From contig JANWKR010000040.1 of NCBI GenBank assembly GCA_025451275.1, forward strand, positions 118 to 64,117: a DNA stretch of 64,000 nucleotides, written 5' to 3'. Positions 1-10,749 of the stretch are shown piece after piece. The notes beneath the pieces were generated by a model that worked only from the letters and a program-made list of their open reading frames with translations, did no database searches and was not told the origin of the DNA. Origin of the DNA: Steroidobacteraceae bacterium (GTDB lineage Bacteria > Pseudomonadota > Gammaproteobacteria > Steroidobacterales > Steroidobacteraceae). Made by a program: the position numbers and the translations under genes. Numbering within the stretch: the first letter of the stretch is position 1; every line of letters begins with the position of its first letter.

Positions 1-139
1 CCAGGAAGACCTTGTCAAACTGACTGCGACGGGCGGCAGCGCCCGCCCGGGAGTTCACATAAACTCAATCCGCGAGGCGGCGGTGCCGGGGCTGTACGAT
101 TCATTTAGTCTTTCTCTTTCAGTGACTTAATTACCCTTC

Positions 140-1063
140 ATGGAGCTCATCCGCGGATGCGGCGCCCCCGGCCGCCCGGCCCACGGCAGCGTCCTCACCA
201 TCGGCGCCTACGACGGGCTGCACCTCGGCCACCAGGCACTGCTTGGGCGCCTGGCCGGTCATTCCCGGCGGCTCGGCCTGCCGGCGGTGCTGTGCACGTT
301 TGAGCCCCTGCCGCGGGAGTACCTCGTGCCGCAGGACCCGCCGGCCCGGCTCACCTCGCTCCGCGAGCGCTGGCGCATCCTCGCCACGCAGCCGGTGGAC
401 TACCTGTGGCTGCTGCGCTTCGGCGGGGCTTTGCGTAACCTCTCGGGGGAGGCCTTCGCGCAGCTGCTGGCGCGCGAGCTCCAGCCACGCGTCGTGGTCG
501 TGGGTCACGACTTCCGCTTCGGCAAGAACGGTCAGGGGACGGTGGCGCTGCTCGCCGAGCAGGGCCGACACCTCGGCTTCGAGGTCGACGTGCAGGAGCC
601 GGTGCTCAGGGACGGGGAGCGCATCAGCAGCAGCGCCGTGCGCGCAGCGCTCGACCGCGGTGACTTCGCGTCGGCCGAACGCGCCCTGGGGCGCCCCTGG
701 TCGATGCGCGGCCGGGTGCGGCCGGGGCAGCAGCTGGGCGCGGACCTGGGGTTCCCCACCGCCAACCTGCCGCTCGAGCGCCGGCGTGCGCCGGTCGCCG
801 GCATCTTTGCGGTGCGTGTGCACGTCGACGGCGGCGGCGCGCGGGCCGGAGTGGCGAGCCTCGGGACGCGTCCGACCGTGGGGGGCGGGGAGGCGCTGCT
901 CGAGGCGCACGTGTTCGATTTCGCCGACGACCTGTACGGGCGCGAGATCGAAGTGGAGTTCGTGGCGAAGCTGCGCGACGAGGAGCGCTTCGCGAGCCTC
1001 GGGGCGCTCGCCGCGCAGATGCGCGCCGATGCGGCGGAGGCACGTCGCATCCTCAAGGTTTGA
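140..1063 (+). CDS. ribF: Bifunctional riboflavin kinase / FMN adenylyltransferase
   Basis: 307-aa ORF. Has the N-terminal nucleotidyltransferase signature [16 protein letters not shown] and a C-terminal riboflavin-kinase region ([16 protein letters not shown]). Heads the conserved ribF-ileS-lspA-ispH array. Confidence 0.93.
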   Translation: MELIRGCGAPGRPAHGSVLTIGAYDGLHLGHQALLGRLAGHSRRLGLPAVLCTFEPLPREYLVPQDPPARLTSLRERWRILATQPVDYLWLLRFGGALRNLSGEAFAQLLARELQPRVVVVGHDFRFGKNGQGTVALLAEQGRHLGFEVDVQEPVLRDGERISSSAVRAALDRGDFASAERALGRPWSMRGRVRPGQQLGADLGFPTANLPLERRRAPVAGIFAVRVHVDGGGARAGVASLGTRPTVGGGEALLEAHVFDFADDLYGREIEVEFVAKLRDEERFASLGALAAQMRADAAEARRILKV

Positions 1064-1071
1064 AAGAGGAC

Positions 1072-3888
1072 ATGGCCGACTACAAGCACACCATCACGCT
1101 GCCGCAGACCGACTTCCCCATGAAGGCGGACCTGGCGCAGCGCGAGCCCAAGCAGCTCGAGGCCTGGGAGGCGCGCGGCACCTACCGCAAGCTGCGCGAG
1201 ATCGCGCGCGGCCGGCCGCGCTTCGTGCTGCACGACGGCCCGCCGTACGCCAACGGCGCGATCCACATCGGGCACGCGGTCAACAAGATCCTCAAGGACG
1301 TCGTGGTGAAGTCGCGCTCCATGGACGGCTGCGACTCACCCTACATCCCGGGCTGGGACTGCCACGGGCTGCCAATCGAGCTGCAGGTGGAGAAGAAGCA
1401 CGGGCGCCCGGGCGCCAAGCTCGACGCGCGCGCCTTCCGCGCCGCCTGTCGCGCCTACGCCCAGGAGCAGATCGAGCTGCAGCGCACCGACTTCAAGCGT
1501 CTCGGCATCCTCGGCGACTGGGACCACCCCTATCTCACCATGGCGAAGGGCTATGAAGCGCAGCAGCTGCGCGCCTTCGGCCGTATCATCGCCAACGGCC
1601 ACCTTTACAAGGGCGTGAAGCCGGTGCACTGGTGCCTCGACTGCCGCTCGGCGCTCGCCGAGGCGGAAGTGGAGTACGAGCAGCGCACCTCGCCCGCGAT
1701 CGACGTCGGCTTCCGCGTCGTCGACAACGCCGAGCTGGCGCGCCGTGCCGGGCTCGGCGCCGGCGAGCTCGATACCGCGCCGGTCGATCTCGTCATCTGG
1801 ACCACCACGCCCTGGACGCTGCCGGCCAACCAGGCGGTCGCGCTGAAGAACGATTTCGTCTACGTGCTGGTGCAGGCGCGCGGCGCCTCGGTGCGGCGCC
1901 TGGTGCTGGCCGCGGAACTCATGGAGGCATGCCTCAAGCGCTTCGGGCTCACGCTCGAGAAGGTGCTGGCGCGCTGCGAGGGCGCCGCACTCGAGGGCCT
2001 CAAGCTCCGCCACCCGTTCCTGCCGCGCGAGGTGCCGGTGATCCTGGGCGAGCACGTGACGCTCGACGCCGGCACCGGTGCGGTGCACACCGCGCCCGGC
2101 CACGGCCAGGAGGACTTCGCGGTCGGCCAGCGCTACGGCCTCGAGGTCCTGAACCCGGTCGGCAACGACGGCCGCTTCCTGCCCGGGACGCCCCTGGTCG
2201 AGGGCCTGAAGGTCGATGCCGCCAACCCGGTCATCATCGAGGCGCTGCGCCAGGCGGGCGAGCTGCTGCACGAGGAGGCCTTCCAGCACAGCTACCCGGT
2301 GTGCTGGCGCCACAAGAGCCCGGTGATCTTCCGCGCCACGCCGCAGTGGTTCATCAGCATGGAGCAGGCGCAGCTGCGCGCGCACACGCTGCGCGACATC
2401 CCCGGCGTGCAGTGGACGCCGGCCTGGGGCGAGCCGCGCATTACCGGCATGATCGAGAGCCGCCCCGACTGGTGCATTTCGCGCCAGCGAACCTGGGGCG
2501 TACCGATCCCGCTGTTCGTGCACAAGGTGTCCGGCGAGCTGCACCCGCGTACCCAGGAGCTGATCGGGGCCGCCGCCGCGCGCGTCGAGGCGGGCGGCAT
2601 CGATGCCTGGTTCGATCTGGACCCGGCCGAGCTCCTGGGGGCCGACGCGGCGGACTACGACAAGGTGACCGACGTCATGGACGTGTGGGCCGATTCGGGC
2701 CTGTCGTTCGAGTGCGTCGGCAAGGAACGCCCGGAGATCGCAGCTCCGGTCGAGCTGTACCTCGAGGGCTCGGACCAGCACCGCGGCTGGTTCCACTCCT
2801 CGCTCCTCATGTCCGAGGCGCTGTATGAGCGCGCCCCGTACAAGGGCGTGCTCACCCACGGGTTCACCGTGGACGAGAAGGGCCGCAAGATGTCGAAGTC
2901 CTTGGGCAACGTCATCGCCCCGCAGAAGGTGGTGAACTCGCTCGGGGCCGACGTGCTGCGGCTGTGGGTCTCGGCCACCGACTACGCCAACGAGATCGCG
3001 GTCTCGGACGAGATCCTGAAGCGCATGGCCGACTCCTACCGGCGCATGCGCAACACCCTGCGCTTCCTGCTCGGGAATCTCGCCGGCTTCGACCCGCAGC
3101 GCCACGCGGTGGCCCCGGGCGAGCTGCTGGCGCTCGACCGCTGGGTGCTGGCGCGCACGCGCGCGCTGCAGGACGAGATCGTCGACGCCTACCGCCGCTA
3201 TGCGTTCCACCTCATCTACCAGAAGGTGCACAACTTCTGCAGCGTCGACCTCGGCGGCTTCTACCTCGACGTCATCAAGGACCGCATGTACACCACGCCC
3301 GCGGCCGGGCGCGGGCGCCGCTCGGCGCAGACCGTCATGTTCCACATCGCCGAGGCCATGGTGCGCTGGCTGGCACCGATCCTGTCGTTCACGGCCGAGG
3401 AGGTGTGGGGCCACCTGCCCGGGGCCCGCGCCGAGAGCGTGTTCCACGCCACCTGGCTCGAGCTGCCGGCGGTGGCGCCCGAGGCGATCGACTGGGACGC
3501 GCTCATGCGGCTGCGCAGCGACGTCACGCGCGAGCTGGAGAGGCTGCGCGACACCGGCGCGATCGGCGCGCCGCTCGATGCCCGGGTTGAGGTCTACTGC
3601 ACGGGCGCGGAGTATGCGCGCTACGCCGCGCTCGGCGCCGAGCTGCGCTTCCTGCTGATCACCTCGGAGGCGCACGTGCACGAGGTGGCGGCCGCGCCGC
3701 CGCAGGCGGTGCCGGCGGTGAACGCCGGCGCCGGCGTGTGGGTGCTGGCGCAGCCGACCGCCGAACCCAAGTGCGTGCGCTGCTGGCAGCGGCGCGGCGA
3801 CGTCGGCACGAACGCGGCGCACCCGCAGCTGTGCGGCCGCTGCATCCTGAACATCGAAGGGCCCGGGGAGCAGAGGCGGTACGTATGA
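1072..3888 (+). CDS. ileS: Isoleucine--tRNA ligase
   Basis: Class I aaRS motifs HIGH ([14 protein letters not shown]) and KMSKS (KMSKSLGN), plus a C-terminal Zn finger CVRCWQRR...CGRC. The track ORF opens at TTG 1060, but ATG 1072 ([17 protein letters not shown]) matches the usual IleRS N-terminus. Confidence 0.95.
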   Translation: MADYKHTITLPQTDFPMKADLAQREPKQLEAWEARGTYRKLREIARGRPRFVLHDGPPYANGAIHIGHAVNKILKDVVVKSRSMDGCDSPYIPGWDCHGLPIELQVEKKHGRPGAKLDARAFRAACRAYAQEQIELQRTDFKRLGILGDWDHPYLTMAKGYEAQQLRAFGRIIANGHLYKGVKPVHWCLDCRSALAEAEVEYEQRTSPAIDVGFRVVDNAELARRAGLGAGELDTAPVDLVIWTTTPWTLPANQAVALKNDFVYVLVQARGASVRRLVLAAELMEACLKRFGLTLEKVLARCEGAALEGLKLRHPFLPREVPVILGEHVTLDAGTGAVHTAPGHGQEDFAVGQRYGLEVLNPVGNDGRFLPGTPLVEGLKVDAANPVIIEALRQAGELLHEEAFQHSYPVCWRHKSPVIFRATPQWFISMEQAQLRAHTLRDIPGVQWTPAWGEPRITGMIESRPDWCISRQRTWGVPIPLFVHKVSGELHPRTQELIGAAAARVEAGGIDAWFDLDPAELLGADAADYDKVTDVMDVWADSGLSFECVGKERPEIAAPVELYLEGSDQHRGWFHSSLLMSEALYERAPYKGVLTHGFTVDEKGRKMSKSLGNVIAPQKVVNSLGADVLRLWVSATDYANEIAVSDEILKRMADSYRRMRNTLRFLLGNLAGFDPQRHAVAPGELLALDRWVLARTRALQDEIVDAYRRYAFHLIYQKVHNFCSVDLGGFYLDVIKDRMYTTPAAGRGRRSAQTVMFHIAEAMVRWLAPILSFTAEEVWGHLPGARAESVFHATWLELPAVAPEAIDWDALMRLRSDVTRELERLRDTGAIGAPLDARVEVYCTGAEYARYAALGAELRFLLITSEAHVHEVAAAPPQAVPAVNAGAGVWVLAQPTAEPKCVRCWQRRGDVGTNAAHPQLCGRCILNIEGPGEQRRYV

Positions 3889-4421
3889 GCGAGGCGAAGC
3901 AGACTTACACGCGGGTCAAAGTGCCGCTGCCGGAGAGCGGCTGGCGCTGGCTGCCGCTCACCGCGCTGGTGATCGTCCTCGATCACGTGAGCAAGGCGTG
4001 GATCATGCACCACTTCGCGCTGTCCGAGCGCGTGCACGTGCTGCCGGTGCTGGACCTCATCCTCACCTACAACACCGGTGCCGCCTTCAGCTTCCTTGCC
4101 GGCGCCAGCGGCTGGCAGCGCTGGGTGTTCGTGCTGCTGGCGCTGATCGTGAGCACGGTGCTGATCGCGTGGATGCGCCGTCTGAGCGCGCGCCACCACG
4201 GCCTGCTCGCCTGCGGGCTGTCGCTGATCGCCGGTGGCGCGCTCGGCAACATGATCGACCGCCTGGTGCTCGGGCGGGTGGTGGATTTCGTGCACGTGCA
4301 CTGGGGGCTGGCGTACTTTCCGGCTTTCAACGTCGCCGACTCGGCCATCACCGTGGGCGCGGCGGTGCTGCTCATCGATGCCTGGCGCGAGACGCGCGCG
4401 GCGAAGCGGCTGCGGGTCTGA
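3885..4421 (+). CDS. lspA: Lipoprotein signal peptidase (signal peptidase II)
   Basis: ATG 3885 overlaps the ileS stop (ATGA). About 178 aa with several hydrophobic helices and motifs [10 protein letters not shown] and [11 protein letters not shown]. The longer track ORF from 3738 lies inside ileS. Confidence 0.9.
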   Translation: MSEAKQTYTRVKVPLPESGWRWLPLTALVIVLDHVSKAWIMHHFALSERVHVLPVLDLILTYNTGAAFSFLAGASGWQRWVFVLLALIVSTVLIAWMRRLSARHHGLLACGLSLIAGGALGNMIDRLVLGRVVDFVHVHWGLAYFPAFNVADSAITVGAAVLLIDAWRETRAAKRLRV

Positions 4422-4422
4422 C

Positions 4423-5358
4423 GTGCAGGTACTGCTCGCCAACCCGCGCGGCTTCTGCGCCGGCGTCGATCGTGCGATCGACATCGTCGAGCGTGCGCTC
4501 GAGCTGTTCGGGCCGCCGATCTACGTGCGCCACGAGGTGGTCCACAACCGCCACGTGGTGGAGCGGCTGCGCAGCCTGGGCGCGGTGTTCGTGGACGAGC
4601 TCGCCGAGGTGCCCCCCGGCGGCACGGTCATCTTCTCCGCGCACGGGGTCTCGAGCGCGGTCGAGGACGAGGCGCGCCAGCGCACGCTCAGCGTCTTCGA
4701 CGCCACCTGTCCGCTGGTCACCAAGGTGCACATGGAGGTGCAGCGCTACGCCCGCGAGGGGCGCGACGTCATCCTCATCGGCCACGCCGGCCATCCGGAG
4801 GTCGAGGGCACCATGGGGCGCTTCGACGCCTCCTTCGGCGGCCGCATCCTGCTGGTGGAGAACACCGCCCATGCCGCCGCGCTCGCGGTGCGCGACCCGC
4901 AGCGCCTCGCGTTCGTCACGCAGACCACGCTGTCGGTGGACGACACGGCCGAGATCGTGGCCACGCTGCGCGGGCGCTTCCCGGAGCTGGCCACACCGCG
5001 CCGCGAGGACATCTGCTACGCCACCCAGAACCGCCAGGACGCGGTGAAGAAGCTGCTCGAGCAGTGCGACGTGCTGCTGGTAGTGGGCTCGCGCACCAGC
5101 TCCAACTCCAACCGGCTGCGCGAGCTCGCCGACCGCGCCGGCGTTCCCGGCTACCTGATCGACGGCCCGGAGGACCTGCGCCGCGAGTGGTTCGAGGGCA
5201 GGCGCGCCGTGGGGGTGACCGCCGGGGCCTCGGCCCCGGAGCTCCTGGTGCGGCAGGTGATCGAGCAGCTCGTCCGCTGGGGCGGGCAGGCCCCGCACGA
5301 GGTGGTTGGGCGCGAGGAGCGGGTGTCCTTCACCCTGCCGCGGGAGTTGCGCCGCTAG
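4423..5358 (+). CDS. ispH: 4-hydroxy-3-methylbut-2-enyl diphosphate reductase
   Basis: GTG 4423 lies 1 nt after the lspA stop. N-terminus [16 protein letters not shown]; cluster-Cys contexts [10 protein letters not shown] and ICYATQNRQ. Position after lspA is classical. Confidence 0.92.
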   Translation: MQVLLANPRGFCAGVDRAIDIVERALELFGPPIYVRHEVVHNRHVVERLRSLGAVFVDELAEVPPGGTVIFSAHGVSSAVEDEARQRTLSVFDATCPLVTKVHMEVQRYAREGRDVILIGHAGHPEVEGTMGRFDASFGGRILLVENTAHAAALAVRDPQRLAFVTQTTLSVDDTAEIVATLRGRFPELATPRREDICYATQNRQDAVKKLLEQCDVLLVVGSRTSSNSNRLRELADRAGVPGYLIDGPEDLRREWFEGRRAVGVTAGASAPELLVRQVIEQLVRWGGQAPHEVVGREERVSFTLPRELRR

Positions 5359-5365
5359 CGTTCCC

Positions 5366-5384
5366 GCGGCCGCAGCGGCCGCGC
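5366..5384 (+). terminator. GC-rich hairpin just after ispH (possible terminator, no U-tract)
   Basis: CGCGGCC-GCAGC-GGCCGCG, a 7-bp stem starting 8 nt after the ispH stop. There is no clear T-run, so function is uncertain. Confidence 0.3.
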
Positions 5385-5480
5385 GGTCGCTGTTCCCGCA
5401 GCCGATTTTGGCGAGTCGCCCAGGGAACCGGCGCGTAGGCTGACGACACCTACTCGACGCAGCAAGGGGAGGCGAACGCC

Positions 5481-6644
5481 ATGCACGCCGCTCTGCGTAT
5501 CCATCGACCGCTCACCTGGATGTCCATCGCGGGTGTCGCGGCACTGCTCGGTGGGTGCGGCGGCGACGGCATGAGCAACATGCCGGGCGCGACCGCGATG
5601 GGCTGCATGTCCATGTCCATGTCCGGAGACGGCGGCATGAGCTGCATGGCCCCGACCGTCACCATGCACTCCCCCGGTGCGAACGTGCACCTCAGCGTCA
5701 GGCTGAGCGCCAGCGTCACCTCCATGAGGATGGACGACCCGGTGACGCAGGTCGACTTCCTGGTCGACGGGGCGCCCGTCGGCACGGCCACGATGGCGCC
5801 CTACGCCGTCGAATGGGACAGCACTACAGTCAGCGACGGCACGCATACGCTCACCGCCAGTGTCATGGACAGCATGGGCATGATGGCGAGCTCGGCGCCG
5901 CTCAGCGTGAGCGTCGACAACAACCCGTCGTTCGCGGTGTCGCTGTCGCCGACCCAGCTGATGCCGGCCCCCGCTTCCGGTGCCTCGGGCACCGCGAACA
6001 TCGCAGCGAAGCTCGCGAGTGGCGCGCTGAGCGGCCAGGTGATGCTCAGCGGCATGAGCGCCACCGCGGTCAGCCTCAACGAGGCGTTCGCCGGCAACAG
6101 CGGCGCACCGCTCATCACGCTGCACGAAGGCGCCGGCAGCGGCGAGTGGGACCTGCCCGCCGCGGCGCTCCTCACCGCCGAGCAGGTGACGGCGCTGCTG
6201 CAGGGCAAGCTCTACCTCGTCGCGGTTTCCGCCGCCCATCCCGGCGGTGAAGTGCGCGGCCAGGTCACCCCCGCCGGCGTCATGGTGAGCTTCGCCGGCA
6301 TGGACGGCGCGCAGGAGGTGCCGCCGGTCAGCATCGCGGCCACCGGGAGCGCTGCGGTCACGGTGGACACCGCCGCCGGCACGCTCACCGTGCACGTGCA
6401 CGCCGCCGGCGTCGACGATGCCATGGCCGCCGCGGTCGACGACGGCGCCATGGGCACCACCGGCGGCAAACTGACCGCGCTCGCCAAGGACCCGGTCGAT
6501 CCCGGGCACTGGTCGACCGAGCTCGCCGCGGTCAGCGCCATCGACATCTCCGACTTCGATGCCAGCCGCTGGTACGTGAACCTCGCCACCCCGGCGCAGC
6601 CGGCGGGCGCGATCCGCGGGCAGATCGACGCGCCGGCGCCGTAG
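5481..6644 (+). CDS. Predicted lipoprotein: Met/Cys-rich tract + bacterial Ig-like domain + two CHRD domains
   Basis: Lipobox LLGGC (Cys26). Residues 31-62 (MSNMPGATAMGCMSMSMSGDGGMSCMAPTVTM) hold 9 Met and 2 Cys. An Ig-like segment follows (VDFLVDGAPVGTA...YAVEWDSTTVSDGTHTLTASV). There are two CHRD-like repeats ending in HPGGEVRGQV and QPAGAIRGQI. Confidence 0.75.
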   Translation: MHAALRIHRPLTWMSIAGVAALLGGCGGDGMSNMPGATAMGCMSMSMSGDGGMSCMAPTVTMHSPGANVHLSVRLSASVTSMRMDDPVTQVDFLVDGAPVGTATMAPYAVEWDSTTVSDGTHTLTASVMDSMGMMASSAPLSVSVDNNPSFAVSLSPTQLMPAPASGASGTANIAAKLASGALSGQVMLSGMSATAVSLNEAFAGNSGAPLITLHEGAGSGEWDLPAAALLTAEQVTALLQGKLYLVAVSAAHPGGEVRGQVTPAGVMVSFAGMDGAQEVPPVSIAATGSAAVTVDTAAGTLTVHVHAAGVDDAMAAAVDDGAMGTTGGKLTALAKDPVDPGHWSTELAAVSAIDISDFDASRWYVNLATPAQPAGAIRGQIDAPAP

Positions 6645-6666
6645 CGGGTCGCGGCAGGATCCCCTG

Positions 6667-6696
6667 GCCGGTCCGCTCAGGGAGGAGCGGGCCGGC
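6667..6696. terminator. Strong hairpin between convergent genes (likely bidirectional terminator)
   Basis: GCCGGTCCGCTC-AGGGAG-GAGCGGGCCGGC, a 12-bp stem (one G-U pair) with a 6-nt loop. It lies between the stop of the CHRD gene (6644) and the stop of the acyltransferase gene (6711). Confidence 0.5.
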
Positions 6697-6710
6697 ATCT
6701 CGGCGCGAGC

Positions 6711-7646
6711 TCAGCGGCCGCGGTTCTGGTAGACGGAGCGCTTGAGCTTCCAGCGCTTGTGCGACCACGGCCAGTCGGGCGGTGCGGCGTGGATCTGCTC
6801 CTCGACCAGGCGCGCGTAGCGCTCGGTGAGTGCGCCGGAGGGCAGCGTCTCGCGGCCGTCGCTGAGGGGCTGGAAGTGCATCGCGTAGCAGCCGCGCGCG
6901 GTGCGCTTCAGGCCGATGAAAAACACCGGGAAGTGCGTGACGCGCGAGATCTCCTCCGGCCCCATGTAGAAGGCGGTGTCGCGCCCGAGGAAACGCGTCC
7001 AGTACTTGTGCTCGCTCTTGGTCGGCTCCTGGTCGGCCACCATGGCCACGGCGCGCACTATGTCGCGCCGCTTGATGATGTCGGCCAGCAGGTCCTGGGC
7101 CGGCACCAGGCGGCTGCCGAAGCGGGTGCGCAGCTTCTTCATCTCGCGCTCCGCCCAGCTGTTGACCAGCGGCTTGTAGGCGGCATCCAGCGGGTAGCCG
7201 AGCTCGAGTGACAGCGCGAGCAGCAGCCACTCCCAGTTGCACTGGTGCGCGGCCACCAGCAGCACCGGCTGGCCGCTCGCCAGCAGCGCGCGCGGCGCCT
7301 CGACGTTCACCATACTCACGCGGCGGCGGAACTCCTCGGGCGGCATGCTTACCGCCTTGACCACCTCGACCAGCATGTCGGCGAAGCCCATGTAGTAGGC
7401 ACGGATGACCGCGCGCAGCCCCGCCGCGTCGAGCCCGGGGAAGGCCTTGCCGAGGTTCTCGCGCACCACGTGCACGCGGTGGGGGAAGAAGCGGTAGGTG
7501 AGCCAGCCGAGGAGGCTCGACAGGCCGTACAGCACGGGCAGCGGCAGGCGCGATACCAGCCGCGCCCACCAGGCTGAGCGCACGGGCGCAGCCGGGGGCA
7601 CGGCGGAGGAGGGGGTGGCTTTGTCGGGCGAGACCTCGGTGAGCAT
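6711..7646 (-). CDS. LpxL/LpxM-type (lysophospholipid / lipid A late) acyltransferase family protein
   Basis: 311 aa. N-terminal hydrophobic anchor (WWARLVSRLPLPVLYGLSSLLGWL). HX4E catalytic motif in VAAHQCNWEW. Starts 6 nt after the RND stop on the same strand. Confidence 0.75.
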   Translation of the reverse strand: MLTEVSPDKATPSSAVPPAAPVRSAWWARLVSRLPLPVLYGLSSLLGWLTYRFFPHRVHVVRENLGKAFPGLDAAGLRAVIRAYYMGFADMLVEVVKAVSMPPEEFRRRVSMVNVEAPRALLASGQPVLLVAAHQCNWEWLLLALSLELGYPLDAAYKPLVNSWAEREMKKLRTRFGSRLVPAQDLLADIIKRRDIVRAVAMVADQEPTKSEHKYWTRFLGRDTAFYMGPEEISRVTHFPVFFIGLKRTARGCYAMHFQPLSDGRETLPSGALTERYARLVEEQIHAAPPDWPWSHKRWKLKRSVYQNRGR

Positions 7647-7652
7647 TCCGCC

Positions 7653-10600
7653 TTAGTTTACCGGATGCGGCTGCGTCGGCCGCCCCGCCGGCGGTGGCTG
7701 CGCCGTGAGCACGCGGCCGAAGCGCGGCGCCAGCCAGCGCTCGATGTCGTCGATCAGGGTGAAGGCCGCCGGGACGATGACCAGGGTGAGCGCGGTGGAG
7801 GTGATCAGGCCGCCGATGACGGCGATCGCCATCGGCTGGCGGAACGAGGCGTCGCCGCCGATGCCGATGGCGACGGGCATCATGCCGGCCACCATCGCCA
7901 CCGTGGTCATGACGATCGGGCGGGCGCGCTTGTGGCCGGACTCGAGAATCGCGGTGAGGCGGTCCTTGCCGGCGCGCATCTCCTCGATGGCGAAGTCGAC
8001 CAGCAGGATGGCGTTCTTGGCGACGATTCCCATGAGCATCAGGAACCCGATCATGGCGCCCAGCGACAGCGCCGAGCCGGTGAGGGCGAGCGCCGCCACC
8101 GCACCGCCGATCGACAGCAGCAGCGAGCCGAGGATGGTGATCGGCTGCAGCACGCGCGCGAACAGCAGCACCAGCACCGCGAATACCATGAGCACGCCCG
8201 TCACCATGGCGATCATGAAGTTGGTGGCGAGCTCGGCCATGATCTTGGCGTCGCCGACGTCGACCTGGTGCACGCCGGGGGGCAGATTCTTCAGTGCCGG
8301 CAGCGCCTTGATCTTGTCGAGCGCGGTGCCGAGCTTGACGCCGTTGAGGTCGGCGACGATCGACAGCCGCCGCGCCTGGTTGTAGCGGCGCACGCGCGTC
8401 GGCCCCTGGCCGAAAGTGATGTCGGCGACCGCCTTGAGCGGCACCGCGCCGCCGGAGGCGGTCGGCACCGGCAGGTTCTCGAGCGTGGACAGGTCGCGGC
8501 GCGTGCCCTCGGCGAGGCTGACGCGGATCGGCACCTGGCGGTCGGCCAGGGAGAACTTGGCGCTGTTCTGATCGAGCTCGCCGAGCGTGGCGATGCGGAT
8601 GGTCTCGCTGAGGGATGCCACCGTAACACCCAGCTGCGAGGCGAGATCCAGGTGCGGCTTGATGAGGATCTCCGGCCGCGGCATGTCGCCGTCGATGCCG
8701 GCGTCGCGCAGGAACGGCAGCGCGCGCATCTCCTCGACCAGCTTGCGGGCGCTCGATTCGACCAGCTGCGGGTTGTCGCCGGTGATGTAGAGGTTGATGT
8801 CACGGCCGTTGCCGTTGCGGTTGAAATGGATGCGCGCGTCGGGAATCACCGCCAGGTCCTTGATGACCCGGTCCTCCCACTGCCGCTGCGTCACCTTGCG
8901 CTTGTCGGGCTTCACCAGGTTGATCTCGAGGGTGCCGGTGCGCACCTCGCCGAACTCGTCGCCGCCGACCTGCTCGACCACCGACACGACCTCGGGCTGG
9001 CGGGCGATGATGCGGTACGCGGCCGCGGACACCGCGGCGGTGTCGGCCAGGCGCGCGCCGGCCGGCAGCTCGATGTTGAGCTCGGTGAAGCTGTCATCGG
9101 AGGCCGGGATGAACTCCGAGGGGATCATGCCGAGGCCGATGATCGAGAGCACGAAGAACGCTAAGCCGGCGCCGAGGGTCTTCCAGCGGTGGCGCGTGCT
9201 CCAGCGCAGCACGCGCTGGTACCAGAGCATGATCGGGCCGTCGGTGTGTGCGGCGATGTTCTCGGACTTGAGCGTATAGGCGGCCAGCACCGGCGTGATG
9301 AGGCGTGCCACCAGCAGCGAGAAGAACACCGCGCCCGCGACCGTCAGCCCGAACTGCTTGAAGAACTGTCCGGAGATGCCGCCCATGAAGCTCACCGGCA
9401 GGAATACCGCGATGATGGTGGCGGAGCACGCGACCACCGCCAGTCCGATCTCGTCGGCGGCATCGAGCGCGGCCTGGAAGCCGCTCTTGCCCATGCGCAT
9501 GTGGCGCACGATGTTCTCGATCTCGACGATGGCATCGTCGACCAGCACGCCGGCCACCAGGGACAGCGCCAGCAGGCTGATCTGGTTGAGCGAAAAGTCC
9601 ACCCACTGCATCAGCGCGAAGGTCGGGATCGCCGACAGCGGGATGGCGAGCGCGGCGATCAGCGTGGCGCGGATGTCGCGCAGGAACAGGAACACCACCA
9701 GCACGGCGAGGATCGAGCCCTCGACGAGTGCGCTCATGGCCGAGTGATAGGTGGCCTTGGTGTAGTCGACCGAGGTATAGACCTGGGAGATCGTCACCTG
9801 CGGGTTCTGCTGCTTGATCTTGGCGAGCTCGGCCTCGACCCCGTCGAGCACCTTGATGTCGGAGGTGCCCTTGGCCTTGAACACCTTGAAGATGGTGGCC
9901 GGCCGGCCGTTGAGGCGCGCCAGCGCGCGGATCTCGCCGACGCTGTCCTTGACGTCCGCCAGGTCCGAGAGACGCGCGAAGCGCCCGCCCGGCAGCATGA
10001 TCTGCGTGTCGCCGAGCGCGTGTGCGGTGCGCGCTTCCCCGAGCACGCGGATCGCCTGCTCGCCGCCGCCGATCTCGAGGCGGCCGCCGGGGGAGTCGAG
10101 ATTCAGGCTGCGCAGCTGCAGGTTCACCTGGGCGGCGGTGATGCCGAGTGCCTGCATGCGTGCCGGATCAAGCTCGACGCGGATCTCGCGGCTGACGCCG
10201 CCGCTGCGGGTCACCTGCGAGACGCCCTCGACGGCCAGCAGGTTCTTGCTGACGCTGTTGTCGACGAACCAGGACAGGTCCTCGGCGGACAGCGCGCTCG
10301 AACTCACCGCGTAGGCGACGATCTCGTTGCCGTCGATGTCGATGCGGGTGACGGTCGGCTCCTGGATGCCCTGCGGCAGATCGACGCGCACCTTGGCGAC
10401 CGCGTCGCGCACGTCGGCCACCGCGCGATCGATCGGCGTGCCGATGTTGAACTGCACGAAGACGCGCGACTGACCCTCGATCGCGAGCGAGGTGATGTTG
10501 TCGATGTTGCCGACGCTGGCCACCGCCGCCTCGACCTTCTGCATGATCTGCGTCTCAACCTCCTGCGGCGAAGCACCCGGCTGCAGCACCTGCACCAGCA

Positions 10601-10736
10601 CCACCGGGAAGCTCACGTCGGGGTTCAGGGTACGTGGCAGGCGGTTGAAGGCCACGGTGCCAAGGAACAGCAGCACCACGAACAGCACGACCGGCGAGAC
10701 CGGGTGGCGGATGGCCCAGGCGGAAATATTTTTCAT
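7653..10736 (-). CDS. RND efflux transporter, inner-membrane permease (AcrB/HAE-type)
   Basis: About 1027 aa from ATG 10736 (MKNISAWAIRHPVSPVV...). Size and the alternation of large periplasmic loops with TM bundles are typical of RND pumps. ATG lies 13 nt after the adaptor stop. The 22 codons upstream in the track ORF overlap the adaptor gene. Confidence 0.9.
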   Translation of the reverse strand: MKNISAWAIRHPVSPVVLFVVLLFLGTVAFNRLPRTLNPDVSFPVVLVQVLQPGASPQEVETQIMQKVEAAVASVGNIDNITSLAIEGQSRVFVQFNIGTPIDRAVADVRDAVAKVRVDLPQGIQEPTVTRIDIDGNEIVAYAVSSSALSAEDLSWFVDNSVSKNLLAVEGVSQVTRSGGVSREIRVELDPARMQALGITAAQVNLQLRSLNLDSPGGRLEIGGGEQAIRVLGEARTAHALGDTQIMLPGGRFARLSDLADVKDSVGEIRALARLNGRPATIFKVFKAKGTSDIKVLDGVEAELAKIKQQNPQVTISQVYTSVDYTKATYHSAMSALVEGSILAVLVVFLFLRDIRATLIAALAIPLSAIPTFALMQWVDFSLNQISLLALSLVAGVLVDDAIVEIENIVRHMRMGKSGFQAALDAADEIGLAVVACSATIIAVFLPVSFMGGISGQFFKQFGLTVAGAVFFSLLVARLITPVLAAYTLKSENIAAHTDGPIMLWYQRVLRWSTRHRWKTLGAGLAFFVLSIIGLGMIPSEFIPASDDSFTELNIELPAGARLADTAAVSAAAYRIIARQPEVVSVVEQVGGDEFGEVRTGTLEINLVKPDKRKVTQRQWEDRVIKDLAVIPDARIHFNRNGNGRDINLYITGDNPQLVESSARKLVEEMRALPFLRDAGIDGDMPRPEILIKPHLDLASQLGVTVASLSETIRIATLGELDQNSAKFSLADRQVPIRVSLAEGTRRDLSTLENLPVPTASGGAVPLKAVADITFGQGPTRVRRYNQARRLSIVADLNGVKLGTALDKIKALPALKNLPPGVHQVDVGDAKIMAELATNFMIAMVTGVLMVFAVLVLLFARVLQPITILGSLLLSIGGAVAALALTGSALSLGAMIGFLMLMGIVAKNAILLVDFAIEEMRAGKDRLTAILESGHKRARPIVMTTVAMVAGMMPVAIGIGGDASFRQPMAIAVIGGLITSTALTLVIVPAAFTLIDDIERWLAPRFGRVLTAQPPPAGRPTQPHPVN

Positions 10737-10749
10737 GGGCGCGGGCGCC

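Noticed and set aside
30-49. Hairpin CGGGCGG-N6-CCGCCCG at the left edge; considered as the terminator of an upstream gene
   Set aside because: It has no U-tract on either strand, and the upstream gene is outside the window, so it cannot be supported.
1336-3822. 828-aa minus-strand ORF covering almost all of ileS
   Set aside because: It is an antisense shadow of a gene with unambiguous HIGH/KMSKS motifs. The translation is Arg/Ala/Gly/His-rich low complexity, as expected for stop-poor frames in roughly 70% GC DNA.
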